From: a virus
Lineage: Duplodnaviria > Caudoviricetes
Strand: one strand, 5' to 3'
Length of the DNA stretch: 64,000 bases
Virus record (IMG/VR): IMGVR_UViG_3300033498_000048
Span: 32,001 to 96,000 of that record
A program made the translations under genes and the position numbers. This document shows, piece after piece, positions 29,101 through 37,214 of this stretch (positions are counted from its first letter, which is position 1; every line of letters starts with the position of its first letter). Under the pieces are notes generated by a model, which saw nothing but the letters and a program-made list of their open reading frames with translations, made no database searches and was not told where the DNA came from.

Positions 29101-30093
29101 ATAAAGGGAATGAAATTAACTGATATGTTAAAAAAAGGTGGAGTTCAACCAGAAAATAACATAATCACTGATTTACAATTAACCCCAAAAACAAAAACAA
29201 AAACGGAGTTAGAAGAACTATCAATCGAATACGATAAAAAGTTTAATAATAAAAATGAAAGTGGACAATATTCATATATGTTTATGGACGAATATGATGT
29301 GAGAATCCAACTGCAAGCTGATGGAATAAAAAAATTCATAGAAAACAATCCAGATACTGAGATTATGGACATAGCGTTCCACGGTACTGGAACACTAGCA
29401 GCTAGTATGATTTTACGTTATGGATTCAATGTTATTACAGAACAAATGGCAGAAGAATCTGGAGTAAAATTTGCAGGTAGAAGTTTGGGTGATGGTATTT
29501 ACTTTTCAGATGCGATTGATAAAGCTGGTTCTTACGCTTATGACAATGATGCCACAACCGATGGTTTAGGTGGATATATATTCATTATGAAAGCTGCTTT
29601 GGGACATAAAGGAAAACAATATCAAACATATAAAGGTTATAATAACGAGTGGTGTGTATTCTTTCCGAATGAACAATTGATGATTTATAAGGCATATAGG
29701 ATTAAAGCTGTTAATCCTGGAACATTTAGTAGAATTGTTGCGAAACACAAATTAAAAGAAAATTACACTGGCTTCACAACGTTTGCAAACTTCATAAACG
29801 AAGCTGAACTTATCCAATCAGATAACATCCAACAAAACGGTGATGCTATGGGAACTATAAAGCTAATTTTTATGGATGGTACATTGCCTTTAAATAATGA
29901 TGTTACAATTGACTCAACATCATTTAGAGTTGACGATGACAAAGCTTCAATAGTTAAAACAATGCGTGGAACAGAACTAACAATTAATGCGAATAATAAC
30001 GTGAATATATCACACAAAATTCCATTTACCAAAACCTTTATGGTTAGACATCCAGAATTATTAAAACTTGTATTGGGTGTAATTAAACAATAA
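26101..30093 (+). CDS. Large putative virion-injected protein with PARP-type (H-Y-E) ADP-ribosyltransferase domain
   Basis: FHGTG...ILRYGF, GRSLGDGIYFSDAIDKAGSYA, YNNEWCVF; late promoter; AAGGA RBS; L-H-E N-terminal and I-N-E/A internal protease-like sites. Confidence 0.8.
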   Translation: MLHENSLYVDNIASRKEILKNKTKVMDTLMFNYFGFIALLATKPSDSGILKTYKNKDKSVSLDKIDYSNSDICISILLAIDSGIIDDSIAEKMLTLFSKLRNGIINADNFDNNSLINLLIKTKYQVNKPSSAILSIVDSYTGNGDINQFVLDLVEAANNSKYKDLTSEFRAVTKLVFKYDTLPDDVSMPTKAIVAKGTIARAQQLARAEAGAEKYEQDTFNNSLKTAWTEVKANSPAQFEIFYKLSSVKEMEEFVTTHPIFDIDKFVVWLNVTYIKNQFPAENTNVLYDYLFGLFKTERKTHFDVIGKLLVDKISYYSQSMSVDDIVKTFGVFKPSNNILDSSITSAMESVADLVLDHLVHKYETITPANFKELKDYTTNCIRLLSNYGTSVHRRLGDVIAQLLKSMGTNQSKSNDSARAFCSLYSTGVIYIDVQSSKYTRYLIEFLNNYFEYDVLQSQKKFNVSIYDSLYQLMSQDQRDLIDILRMSISYKVELVVVPEYVRLKDLFDGVIANESTLDSLVKNLASYRLNDNDYAKFVENSRRYIVTGYDKFMDIYPTLINSNNNNPNTIGMVVRLYKDLFTSLKDNPIPSTTKSKRVITDIIERMANLCEHEKDYTILNTIFDSVNISDLYSIASLLSDDTKYIFYTWINNKANVDIDFQSSIVNGTPDTLSGFVDSIIYNPQNTFLIESLDVAVKFVTMFLSDNPYTSDGMSEIPDYMIRLYNKHPTLRDVILNKILTDSTYKLLEAAINMYKESVFSLLLNANGKLIPDDKTTNYIVSYIRANISNIPSLEYFKGSDYILNVISNEIKSQVITKVQLAPEESLALLSSQACDVDLLNDILTDTDIVKSYKEYITTSPEIFSTNMHKIFNKVITHPHNVNMNTANNLLNVIKHFESNKSLLKSSERNSLVNLYFEIVINIYLKQPESADIIFDKVGTKMQQSMLEYVEQFAFVESAMKSITSDSNPIKPMIKLDRDKICSVLAINRIKLPENTKVEYIKGMKLTDMLKKGGVQPENNIITDLQLTPKTKTKTELEELSIEYDKKFNNKNESGQYSYMFMDEYDVRIQLQADGIKKFIENNPDTEIMDIAFHGTGTLAASMILRYGFNVITEQMAEESGVKFAGRSLGDGIYFSDAIDKAGSYAYDNDATTDGLGGYIFIMKAALGHKGKQYQTYKGYNNEWCVFFPNEQLMIYKAYRIKAVNPGTFSRIVAKHKLKENYTGFTTFANFINEAELIQSDNIQQNGDAMGTIKLIFMDGTLPLNNDVTIDSTSFRVDDDKASIVKTMRGTELTINANNNVNISHKIPFTKTFMVRHPELLKLVLGVIKQ

Positions 30094-30104
30094 GATGTTG
30101 TTTT

Positions 30105-30141
30105 ATAGCATCGTTCCGTTAGTTACTTGGAACGATGCTAT
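30105..30141. terminator. Bidirectional hairpin terminator between convergent genes
   Basis: Perfect 13-bp stem atagcatcgttcc/ggaacgatgctat, 11-nt loop. Confidence 0.75.
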
Positions 30142-30149
30142 TGTGTTGT

Positions 30150-30416
30150 TTATCTGATTCCAACTTCACTAGGGAAGAATGCGTTATAGCGATTGAAAAA
30201 TGATTTAATCACATTTTTATTAGCATTAGTTATTTCAAATTTGACTGTTCCACCTAAAAATGTAATTGAAAGGTGATATAGTCCATCTTTAACAGAACAA
30301 TTGAGTATTAACTTAAACTCAGTTGGACGAACAATTGTAACTAAGTCGTTAGACATAAAATCAAATTCACCATTTTCGCCTAAAATATTTTGGAAATGTT
30401 TAAATAAGTCTTTCAT
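30150..30416 (-). CDS. Hypothetical protein
   Basis: 88 aa, operonic overlap. Confidence 0.65.
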   Translation of the reverse strand: MKDLFKHFQNILGENGEFDFMSNDLVTIVRPTEFKLILNCSVKDGLYHLSITFLGGTVKFEITNANKNVIKSFFNRYNAFFPSEVGIR

Positions 30417-31132
30417 TTTAACTCCAGCTTTGAACCAAAATAGTTGATTATTGAAATGTCTACTGATTCAAATGAATGTCCATGGTTGGTGTTCCATGTA
30501 ACGTCACTCAAATCAACTTCTGGGTTTAGTGTCATAATTCGATATAACTCTAGTTGAGCAGCACATTCATCAGCAAGACGAATTGCATTTCCAAAATTGA
30601 AATCTACTCCACAACGCTTACCTTTTGATATTAAATATGTAATAGCTTTACCAATTAAGATATTAACATCTTCATCTTCTTTCAACTTTTTGTGGTATGC
30701 CTCTAATGTAGCTTTAGCACAATCAACATATGTGCGAACCATTCCGACTTTCATTATGAACGCGGACTCATGACTAGTCCATTCTAAATAATCTGGACGT
30801 GGATATTCAACCTTTTCATCGAGTGACTTTGATAACAAACAATTGTTCAATCTTTTTAAAGTCTGAACAGCAACATCAATTGCAGTTTTATTTTCGGCTT
30901 GAATGTTTTTGTTGTTGAAGAAAACAAAATCAATCTCACATTCAATGTCAACGATTTGCTCATCTGTAATATTAGCTAACCTAGTAATCAAGTCAAATTT
31001 ATCTTTAGTGTCTATTCTATCTAATGTTACTTCGCCTGATAAGTTTGAATGGTGTAAAACACCGTTTGATAAATAGTAACCACGAATAACGTTCAAAATT
31101 AATGGATTAGTGAACTTTCTAAATTCTTTCAT
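30413..31132 (-). CDS. Hypothetical protein; paralog of 22679-23398
   Basis: Shared motifs as listed for 22679. Confidence 0.8.
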   Translation of the reverse strand: MKEFRKFTNPLILNVIRGYYLSNGVLHHSNLSGEVTLDRIDTKDKFDLITRLANITDEQIVDIECEIDFVFFNNKNIQAENKTAIDVAVQTLKRLNNCLLSKSLDEKVEYPRPDYLEWTSHESAFIMKVGMVRTYVDCAKATLEAYHKKLKEDEDVNILIGKAITYLISKGKRCGVDFNFGNAIRLADECAAQLELYRIMTLNPEVDLSDVTWNTNHGHSFESVDISIINYFGSKLELK

Positions 31133-31187
31133 ATTGTGTACCTGTTTGAGTGTTGATAAACTTGTATATTGTTGTTTCCAGGAACAT

Positions 31188-31457
31188 TTAATCTAAATAT
31201 AACAAGGTATCACAAAATGATATAAATGCGTCTATTTTATGCCAATCCATGCTATTCCTAGTGTTATAATCAGTCCTTTCTTCTTTTAACAAGGTTTTTG
31301 TTTCTTCTAACCACAATTCTCTGTTTTTAGGGTCTCTATCTTTAAGAATGCCCCTTAATGAACTCAATCTAGTATTCAAAAACATAGTTGGAGTATTATC
31401 AGTCAACGTTTGGACAACAGATTCACAAACATTTACCATTGTTCTATTAAAATTCAT
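31188..31457 (-). CDS. Hypothetical protein
   Basis: 89 aa, GGAAGGTG RBS. Confidence 0.65.
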   Translation of the reverse strand: MNFNRTMVNVCESVVQTLTDNTPTMFLNTRLSSLRGILKDRDPKNRELWLEETKTLLKEERTDYNTRNSMDWHKIDAFISFCDTLLYLD

Positions 31458-31521
31458 TATTCACCTTCCATTAATAATTAAGGGTTATCACATATCATAT
31501 CTAGTGTGAATTGTCGTACAA

Positions 31522-31950
31522 TCACAATAATTCGCTAAGGTACTTATAATTTGAGTATAATCCACAAAAGTTTGTTGGAATTGATTTTCCCTTAGCATCG
31601 TACAAAAATACATATTCTGTATCTTCAGTTAATGATGATAACGCAGTATTGTATGCGATTTTACCCATATCGTCTAGTTGTTTGTACCAAGCATCAAAAT
31701 TATCATTCTGTGTGAAAATTTGCCAATGTGGGTCACGTTCTAATGTTCCAGACTTTCTATGTTGATTTCTGAGTTTACCCATTTCATTTCTGAAATTAAT
31801 GAATATTAAGTGGTCAATCACATTTTTATCGGTACAATCTCTCAACCGTTTTGGTTCACTTCTACGGAACAGTTCAGTAGCAATCACTTTCCATGGTCTA
31901 TCATCGTTTACCTTAACTCCAAACAAGCCATATATAATTGAATTTCTCAT
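31522..31950 (-). CDS. Hypothetical protein
   Basis: 142 aa. Confidence 0.7.
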   Translation of the reverse strand: MRNSIIYGLFGVKVNDDRPWKVIATELFRRSEPKRLRDCTDKNVIDHLIFINFRNEMGKLRNQHRKSGTLERDPHWQIFTQNDNFDAWYKQLDDMGKIAYNTALSSLTEDTEYVFLYDAKGKSIPTNFCGLYSNYKYLSELL

Positions 31951-31976
31951 TTTGTCTATTTTCCATAATATTAAGT

Positions 31977-32303
31977 TTAAGCCATACTCAGTTTAACTTC
32001 TTGCCATGCCAATCTTAAGCCTCGGTTAAAATAATCACTTACTTTACCAGTTCCAAATTGTTCACGCAACCCCCTAGCAATTTCCCAACCACGACTAAAT
32101 GTTCCTTTAGCAATAACTTTCTTAGTCGGAACTATTCTGTGTGCTTCAATTTCAGCCTCACGATATATCCGATTTGCCTCAACAACCAACTTGCCTTGCA
32201 ATTTGTGGGTGCGAATGATGTTTGCTAATTCAATAATATCACCACTAATTCCAGCAGCCTTTAATTTAGCAATTACACTAGGAAACAATGTTTGATTTTT
32301 CAT
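31977..32303 (-). CDS. Hypothetical protein
   Basis: 108 aa; C-terminal AWEIAR...F...L..AW pattern. Confidence 0.7.
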   Translation of the reverse strand: MKNQTLFPSVIAKLKAAGISGDIIELANIIRTHKLQGKLVVEANRIYREAEIEAHRIVPTKKVIAKGTFSRGWEIARGLREQFGTGKVSDYFNRGLRLAWQEVKLSMA

Positions 32304-32318
32304 AATAATTCTCTTTAG

Positions 32319-32561
32319 TTACTTAAATATGTTTTTAACAACGTGTGCTATTGTTATTTTTTTATTTAACCTTCCAGTCAAATAACACGCAATGCTATTG
32401 CAATCATCCACTGATAGATAACATGGAAGTTGCATTTTTAAAGCATCATAATCGACCATTGATGACACGTCAACCATTCCCAAACATTCATCAGTTTCTC
32501 TGGTTGAAATAATTTCAACGTCATCACCTTTAGATAAACTAGCTAAGAAATTCAGTTTCAT
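32319..32561 (-). CDS. Hypothetical protein
   Basis: 80 aa, downstream of promoter 32599-32627. Confidence 0.6.
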   Translation of the reverse strand: MKLNFLASLSKGDDVEIISTRETDECLGMVDVSSMVDYDALKMQLPCYLSVDDCNSIACYLTGRLNKKITIAHVVKNIFK

Positions 32562-32598
32562 TACAAGTTCTCTTTAATGTGGTTAATTTATGTTGCAT

Positions 32599-32627
32599 AT
32601 ATTAAATTAATTAAACATCAATGTCAA
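32599..32627 (-). promoter_or_regulatory. sigma70-type early promoter
   Basis: TTGACA-17-TAATAT. Confidence 0.55.
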
Positions 32628-32636
32628 CATATATTT

Positions 32637-32852
32637 TTACCAGTGACGTGGATTTGGAACTTGTGCTAATGCGACTGCTAGGTATGCTTCTAATATTTTG
32701 AATTTAGCTCCAGTTGTAATTAGTCTAGTTTCGCTGTACCAATTGTGGCTATCAACATCGGTCTTCTTATATGACATACTACCTACCACAAGCTCAATAC
32801 TATTGTCAGTCCACCAATACGCACAAACATTTTTACTATTATTAAGTTTCAT
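32637..32852 (-). CDS. Hypothetical protein
   Basis: 71 aa, AAGGTG RBS. Confidence 0.6.
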   Translation of the reverse strand: MKLNNSKNVCAYWWTDNSIELVVGSMSYKKTDVDSHNWYSETRLITTGAKFKILEAYLAVALAQVPNPRHW

Positions 32853-32877
32853 AAAACATACACCTTAAGTCCAGTTA

Positions 32878-32899
32878 AATCAATAGGTTAGCATTTGGA
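32878..32899. repeat. Solitary half-site of the palindromic element
   Basis: aatcaataggttagcattt+gga, no partner arm. Confidence 0.8.
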
Positions 32900-32920
32900 A
32901 TCCCTTTACTTTCTGACATT

Positions 32921-33160
32921 TTATTTTATCCCTAATTCTAAATCTGTTAAAAAATTTCTATTATCAAAATGTAATTCTGTTAGTGTAGAATTCTTACTTT
33001 CAGTAACAGGAATGCTATTATAACCTAACTCTTCTAATATCAAATATCCACCGACATATCTAATACCATAAATGATATTAGGTTTTAATATTTTTCCTGC
33101 ATCTATTCCGATAAATCCATTGTTACCCTCAAAAGGTAAAACAAATCTAGTTAATATCAT
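32921..33160 (-). CDS. Hypothetical protein
   Basis: 79 aa. Confidence 0.6.
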   Translation of the reverse strand: MILTRFVLPFEGNNGFIGIDAGKILKPNIIYGIRYVGGYLILEELGYNSIPVTESKNSTLTELHFDNRNFLTDLELGIK

Positions 33161-33176
33161 ATTAATCTACCCTATT

Positions 33177-33572
33177 TTATGTTGAATGACCATATGTTAA
33201 AATTCCAGCCACAATCGGGTCTTGTAACATTGAGGCTAAAGTTTCTTCTAAATCTGGTTTATCTTCACAATAATGCTGTTTATTGCCAATGGTAATTTTA
33301 CAAGGATAGCCTCCTCTAGCTTTTTCCCATTCAGCTAATTCATTATTACTAGCACAAATTGCATAATGTCCAATAGACATATCTGGTACACCATTGTAAC
33401 CTTGGAAAGCTTTATTTGGAATAAATTGGATATTGAGCTTAACCTCACCTCCAGTAACTGTAGCAAGTTCTTCATTTAATCTTTTAAAAACAGAATCTAT
33501 CTCTTGATTATTATTTTTGACTCGTTCAGACGCAGCTTGCCCTTGTTTAAATGCTTTAATAAAATCTACCAT
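33177..33572 (-). CDS. Hypothetical protein
   Basis: 131 aa, operonic. Confidence 0.7.
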   Translation of the reverse strand: MVDFIKAFKQGQAASERVKNNNQEIDSVFKRLNEELATVTGGEVKLNIQFIPNKAFQGYNGVPDMSIGHYAICASNNELAEWEKARGGYPCKITIGNKQHYCEDKPDLEETLASMLQDPIVAGILTYGHST

Positions 33573-33574
33573 GA

Positions 33575-33838
33575 TTACTTACCATTAAATCCGTTTGAAC
33601 TTAAAACTTCAACGACTTCAGTAACAGCCAAGTTCCAATCAGAATCCGAACATTGGAATGGGAAAGATTCTACTATATCAAGACGAACCCTATCAAAATT
33701 ATAATCAATTGAAATTAGGTATTGGTGGATTCGTTCATCACTTGGGTTTAACAAACCTGTACACCACATTAAATGAGTGCAAAGAACTTTTGTAACCCGA
33801 TTCCGTGTTTTATACTCGCGCAAATAACCAATGTTCAC
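33575..33838 (-). CDS. Hypothetical protein
   Basis: 87 aa, GTG start, AAGGAG RBS. Confidence 0.65.
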   Translation of the reverse strand: MNIGYLREYKTRNRVTKVLCTHLMWCTGLLNPSDERIHQYLISIDYNFDRVRLDIVESFPFQCSDSDWNLAVTEVVEVLSSNGFNGK

Positions 33839-33869
33839 AATAAACTCCTTATCTAAAATTATATAACAT

Positions 33870-33894
33870 TTAATCCATAATTGTTATGGATTAA
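33870..33894. promoter_or_regulatory. 11-bp perfect inverted repeat in a 5' leader
   Basis: ttaatccataa-ttg-ttatggattaa between promoter 33906-33935 and the RBS of 33838. Confidence 0.5.
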
Positions 33895-33905
33895 TGAAAA
33901 AACAC

Positions 33906-33935
33906 ATTATAACTATTATGGTAGTATAATGTCAA
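33906..33935 (-). promoter_or_regulatory. sigma70-type early promoter
   Basis: TTGACA-18-TATAAT followed by GTGTTTTT. Confidence 0.65.
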
Positions 33936-34165
33936 GCAAGCTCAACAACATTTTCGGTTTCAATCCAAACCTTTGCACCACATGGAAGTGGGTTATCGGG
34001 ACTATAAACCACCTTAGCAACAACGTTTCCACTTGAATCAAGAATATTAGCAGTATGTGCGTAAGTATTTGATTTGTAAGTTTTTATGGTCAATACTGGT
34101 TCATTACTTCCAGTTTTTTGATTAGCTTTTATAACGTGCTGGTTGACATGGATGATTGTTTTCAT
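33932..34165 (-). CDS. Conserved-type myovirus hypothetical protein
   Basis: IIHVNQHVIKAN...PVLTIK...VYSPDNPLPCGAKVWIET pattern recalled from T4-like phages. Confidence 0.75.
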   Translation of the reverse strand: MKTIIHVNQHVIKANQKTGSNEPVLTIKTYKSNTYAHTANILDSSGNVVAKVVYSPDNPLPCGAKVWIETENVVELA

Positions 34166-34920
34166 AATGAATACCTTTCTTCTAATTTACCAATTATTAG
34201 TTGTAAATCGCTAGCATAAAAAGCTGAACAATTTATACAATTAATTTCAACTATTTTCCAATTGTATGGAGTCAATGCTAAATCAATAACAAATGCTGGA
34301 GCTAAATCACTCCAAACCCTTAACACCGAATTTGCAAAATCAATGGCACTTGAGTCGACATCACCAATCCACATTACATTATTACCAATTTTATAATGTG
34401 ATGATGTTACGATTTTACCATTAACCACCCATATCCTAACTTCTTTGTATATTGGTTTTACTTTGTTTATTTGGATGTTTATGTCGTGATTAAGTGTCGA
34501 TAATCTTGATATTAAATCATCCCATTTGATTTTTGAATATATACCTCCATTAAAAACCTTACTATCTTTAGTTGGTCGAATGAATTTAGATTCACCTGAA
34601 TACCACTTAATTGGATCCAATACATTCTGAATCAAACAACCATGATTGAGCATTAAGTTTCCATATACTGGACCATAAACTTCATAATCATGGTTGCCAC
34701 CGAAAAATGAACCTGGATTCCAATCTAATTTAGTTGCTAATCGAGCCAATTTACTTGAGCCAAAAGCAAACACATTATTAGTTTCTATTTCAGGGTTTAT
34801 TAAATTCCCATTTGAATCAAACTTAACGATTGTGTATGGTAGCCCCAATCTGATTAATTGAGTAATTAAATTATCATAGTTCCTTTCTCGGAACACATTT
34901 TCTTGAATACAATAGTGCAT
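34162..34920 (-). CDS. ATP-grasp protein (DUF4343/R2K-like)
   Basis: FAFGS, KFIRPTKDSKVFNG, EVRIWVVNGKIVT.S.Y, FVIDL, IVEINC. Confidence 0.8.
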   Translation of the reverse strand: MHYCIQENVFRERNYDNLITQLIRLGLPYTIVKFDSNGNLINPEIETNNVFAFGSSKLARLATKLDWNPGSFFGGNHDYEVYGPVYGNLMLNHGCLIQNVLDPIKWYSGESKFIRPTKDSKVFNGGIYSKIKWDDLISRLSTLNHDINIQINKVKPIYKEVRIWVVNGKIVTSSHYKIGNNVMWIGDVDSSAIDFANSVLRVWSDLAPAFVIDLALTPYNWKIVEINCINCSAFYASDLQLIIGKLEERYSL

Positions 34921-34921
34921 A

Positions 34922-35863
34922 TTAACTCCTAGCTATTAACCAGTTAGAATAGTCAACCAATTCTTGTTCTAGTCTTAGTATTGTATTAGCGAATTTAGTA
35001 AGACATGAATCCAAGTGAGATTGTGGATAAACCAAAAAATGTAGTGGATTTTTAATTATAACAACATTTGATTTTATTAGTGTTGATAATTTAATAGCGT
35101 TACCTTCTACTGTGGAAACAGTTTTCGGTGTTGTTTTTGCTACATGGTAACTCAACCTATCAATATAAAACCTATCACCTGAATTAAAATGTGTTAAGTT
35201 ATTCAACTCGAACAATTCACATTTTAATGATTTGTGTTTTGTTAATGATGAGGTGTTTTCGATAAAATGTGCATATCTTACTCTTAATAAAGCATATTGA
35301 TACGCACCAATTGAAGTATTAAATTCCATATCAAATAGTTTACCTCCACGAATATTATACGTTACAGCAATGAACTTGTTATTTGGAAGTTGGACTGGTG
35401 TAACACTAACACGGTTTCCAGTTGTGTGGTGTAAATCACAAATCACATCTGCAAGGTCTAATAATGCTGGAGTATTAACACACTCAGCTTCCATATCTAA
35501 CTGTTTAAAATCATCATCTGGAACTACTGGTGCTAAATCCTCAACGCTAGGTACATATTCACCTTCAATTCCAATTAAATGGTCTCTGTCGGTTTCTTCT
35601 AACAGACTAATTACATTTGATAATAGATGGAACCCAAAACTCCTAGCACCTTCACCAACTTGGATAACTTTAAATTCATTCCGTACAGTGTCAAATGTGT
35701 ACTCCAACACTCTTTCAAATCTATCATCAATCAATTTAAATGATTTAATTCCACTTAAAATATCATTAGCATACTTTCCCAATAACGGTTTAATTTTGTT
35801 CATTATTATTACCTCTGATTGTCTATGTTGGATATTATAATGCGTTATATATTCCAATGTCAA
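34922..35863 (-). CDS. Hypothetical protein
   Basis: 313 aa ORF; probable start MNKIKP after a GAGGT RBS. Confidence 0.7.
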   Translation of the reverse strand: MTLEYITHYNIQHRQSEVIIMNKIKPLLGKYANDILSGIKSFKLIDDRFERVLEYTFDTVRNEFKVIQVGEGARSFGFHLLSNVISLLEETDRDHLIGIEGEYVPSVEDLAPVVPDDDFKQLDMEAECVNTPALLDLADVICDLHHTTGNRVSVTPVQLPNNKFIAVTYNIRGGKLFDMEFNTSIGAYQYALLRVRYAHFIENTSSLTKHKSLKCELFELNNLTHFNSGDRFYIDRLSYHVAKTTPKTVSTVEGNAIKLSTLIKSNVVIIKNPLHFLVYPQSHLDSCLTKFANTILRLEQELVDYSNWLIARS

Positions 35864-35870
35864 CTAATAA

Positions 35871-36385
35871 TTTCAATGAGTTAGCACTTATAGGTGTTGG
35901 GTAATTAGTAACCTGTTCCAAATGCTAACCTATTGATATTGTTAGTGTATATTATTATCAATTAAATCAATAAGTTAGCACTTATAGGTGTTGGGTAATT
36001 AGTAACCTGTTCCAAATGCTAACCTATTGATATTGTTAGTGTATATTATTATCAATTAAATCAATAAGTTAGCACTTACAGTTTGGTATTAGTTAGTTAA
36101 TGGTTGCAAGTGCTAACTCATTGATTTGTAGTAATTGACAATGATGACACATGGACACGATATATTGATAACCAAGAATCAATGAGTTAGCACTTGGAAC
36201 AGGTTACTAATTAACCAACACATACAAATGCTATGTCATTGATATTTAACACCTAACTAATTGGCTAACAGAATCAATGACATAGCATTTGCAGCTATTA
36301 TATAATTAACTAACACCTCTAAGTGCTAAGTCATTGATAGTTGGTGCTATTGATTGTTTAGTTGAAAATCAAAGGGTTAGCATTT
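35871..36385. repeat. Array of five palindromic elements plus a half-site, including a perfect 94-bp tandem duplication
   Basis: 35871-35938, 35965-36032, 36059-36126, 36177-36244, 36272-36339; half-site 36367-36385; 35880-35973 identical to 35974-36067. Confidence 0.95.
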
Positions 36386-36706
36386 GGAGCATAAACCGAT
36401 TGCATTAATAATTTCGCCCCATGAAACAGCTCTGTTTATTCCCAAATCGTAACCATAATCTTCAGTTTCTTGATTATAGTCTGTAGATATAACGTAACGG
36501 GTTGAATCGTCATCGTGTAACATTCCAAGGTCAACTGTAACTGGAGTTAAACTACCATCATTATCAATGTAGTACGAATCGCAGTAAACTTCAAATGTTC
36601 CAAGTTTGGTGAAATTAAAAACCCTAGAAAATTTACAGTCTGCATAATAATTGGGTGCAAGTGGTATTTGATGCAATATTGTTGTTCCAACTTGTTTTGT
36701 TTTCAT
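36377..36706 (-). CDS. Hypothetical protein with own promoter, bracketed by arrays; C-terminal module shared with 19462
   Basis: GGGG RBS; ends ...EIINAIGLCSKC with its stop inside a repeat half-site. Confidence 0.7.
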   Translation of the reverse strand: MKTKQVGTTILHQIPLAPNYYADCKFSRVFNFTKLGTFEVYCDSYYIDNDGSLTPVTVDLGMLHDDDSTRYVISTDYNQETEDYGYDLGINRAVSWGEIINAIGLCSKC

Positions 36707-36737
36707 GTTAGAAACCCCTGTTAGTTAATGAAGACGC

Positions 36738-36767
36738 ATTATAATACAACCTACAGATTAACGTCAA
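36738..36767 (-). promoter_or_regulatory. sigma70-type early promoter
   Basis: TTGACG-18-TATAAT. Confidence 0.6.
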
Positions 36768-36797
36768 TGCGTTAGGAATTTAATAATTCGTTCCGAT

Positions 36798-37179
36798 TGC
36801 TAACCTATTGATTTAATTGAGAATTATATACTAATATTATCAATAGGTTAGCACTTGTAACCATCTTATAATTAACTAACTGCTGCAAGTGCTATCTTAT
36901 TGATAACTAAGCACAAACTTATGTGGCATAAGAATCAATGATGATATGTGGAACAATTTGTGTCCATCAAGTTAGCACTTCCCAGTTTGTGTTAATAATT
37001 GACATGAATACACTCAACCAACTATCAATGAGTTAGCACTTACAACTGGTTACTAATTACCTAACTGCTTAAAGTGCTAACGCATTGATTTGTATAGTGC
37101 ATATTTTTACATATAATTATCAACAAGATAGCACTTGGAACAGTGTTATTAATTACCTAATGGCTGCAAGTGCTAACGC
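36798..37179. repeat. Array of palindromic elements at a divergent junction
   Basis: Half 36798-36812; units 36838-36905, 37023-37090, 37118-37179 (right arm truncated); half 36971-36980. Confidence 0.95.
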
Positions 37180-37187
37180 TATAAATA
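37180..37187 (+). promoter_or_regulatory. T4-type late promoter TATAAATA
   Basis: Exact match, 27 nt before ATG 37215. Confidence 0.75.
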
Positions 37188-37214
37188 TTATAAAAATTAA
37201 CAAGAGAAACTAAT

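Noticed and set aside
26101-30093. Naming the ART gene as T4 alt
   Set aside because: Catalytic motifs are H-Y-E class, not the R-S-E class of Alt; the likeness is in role only.
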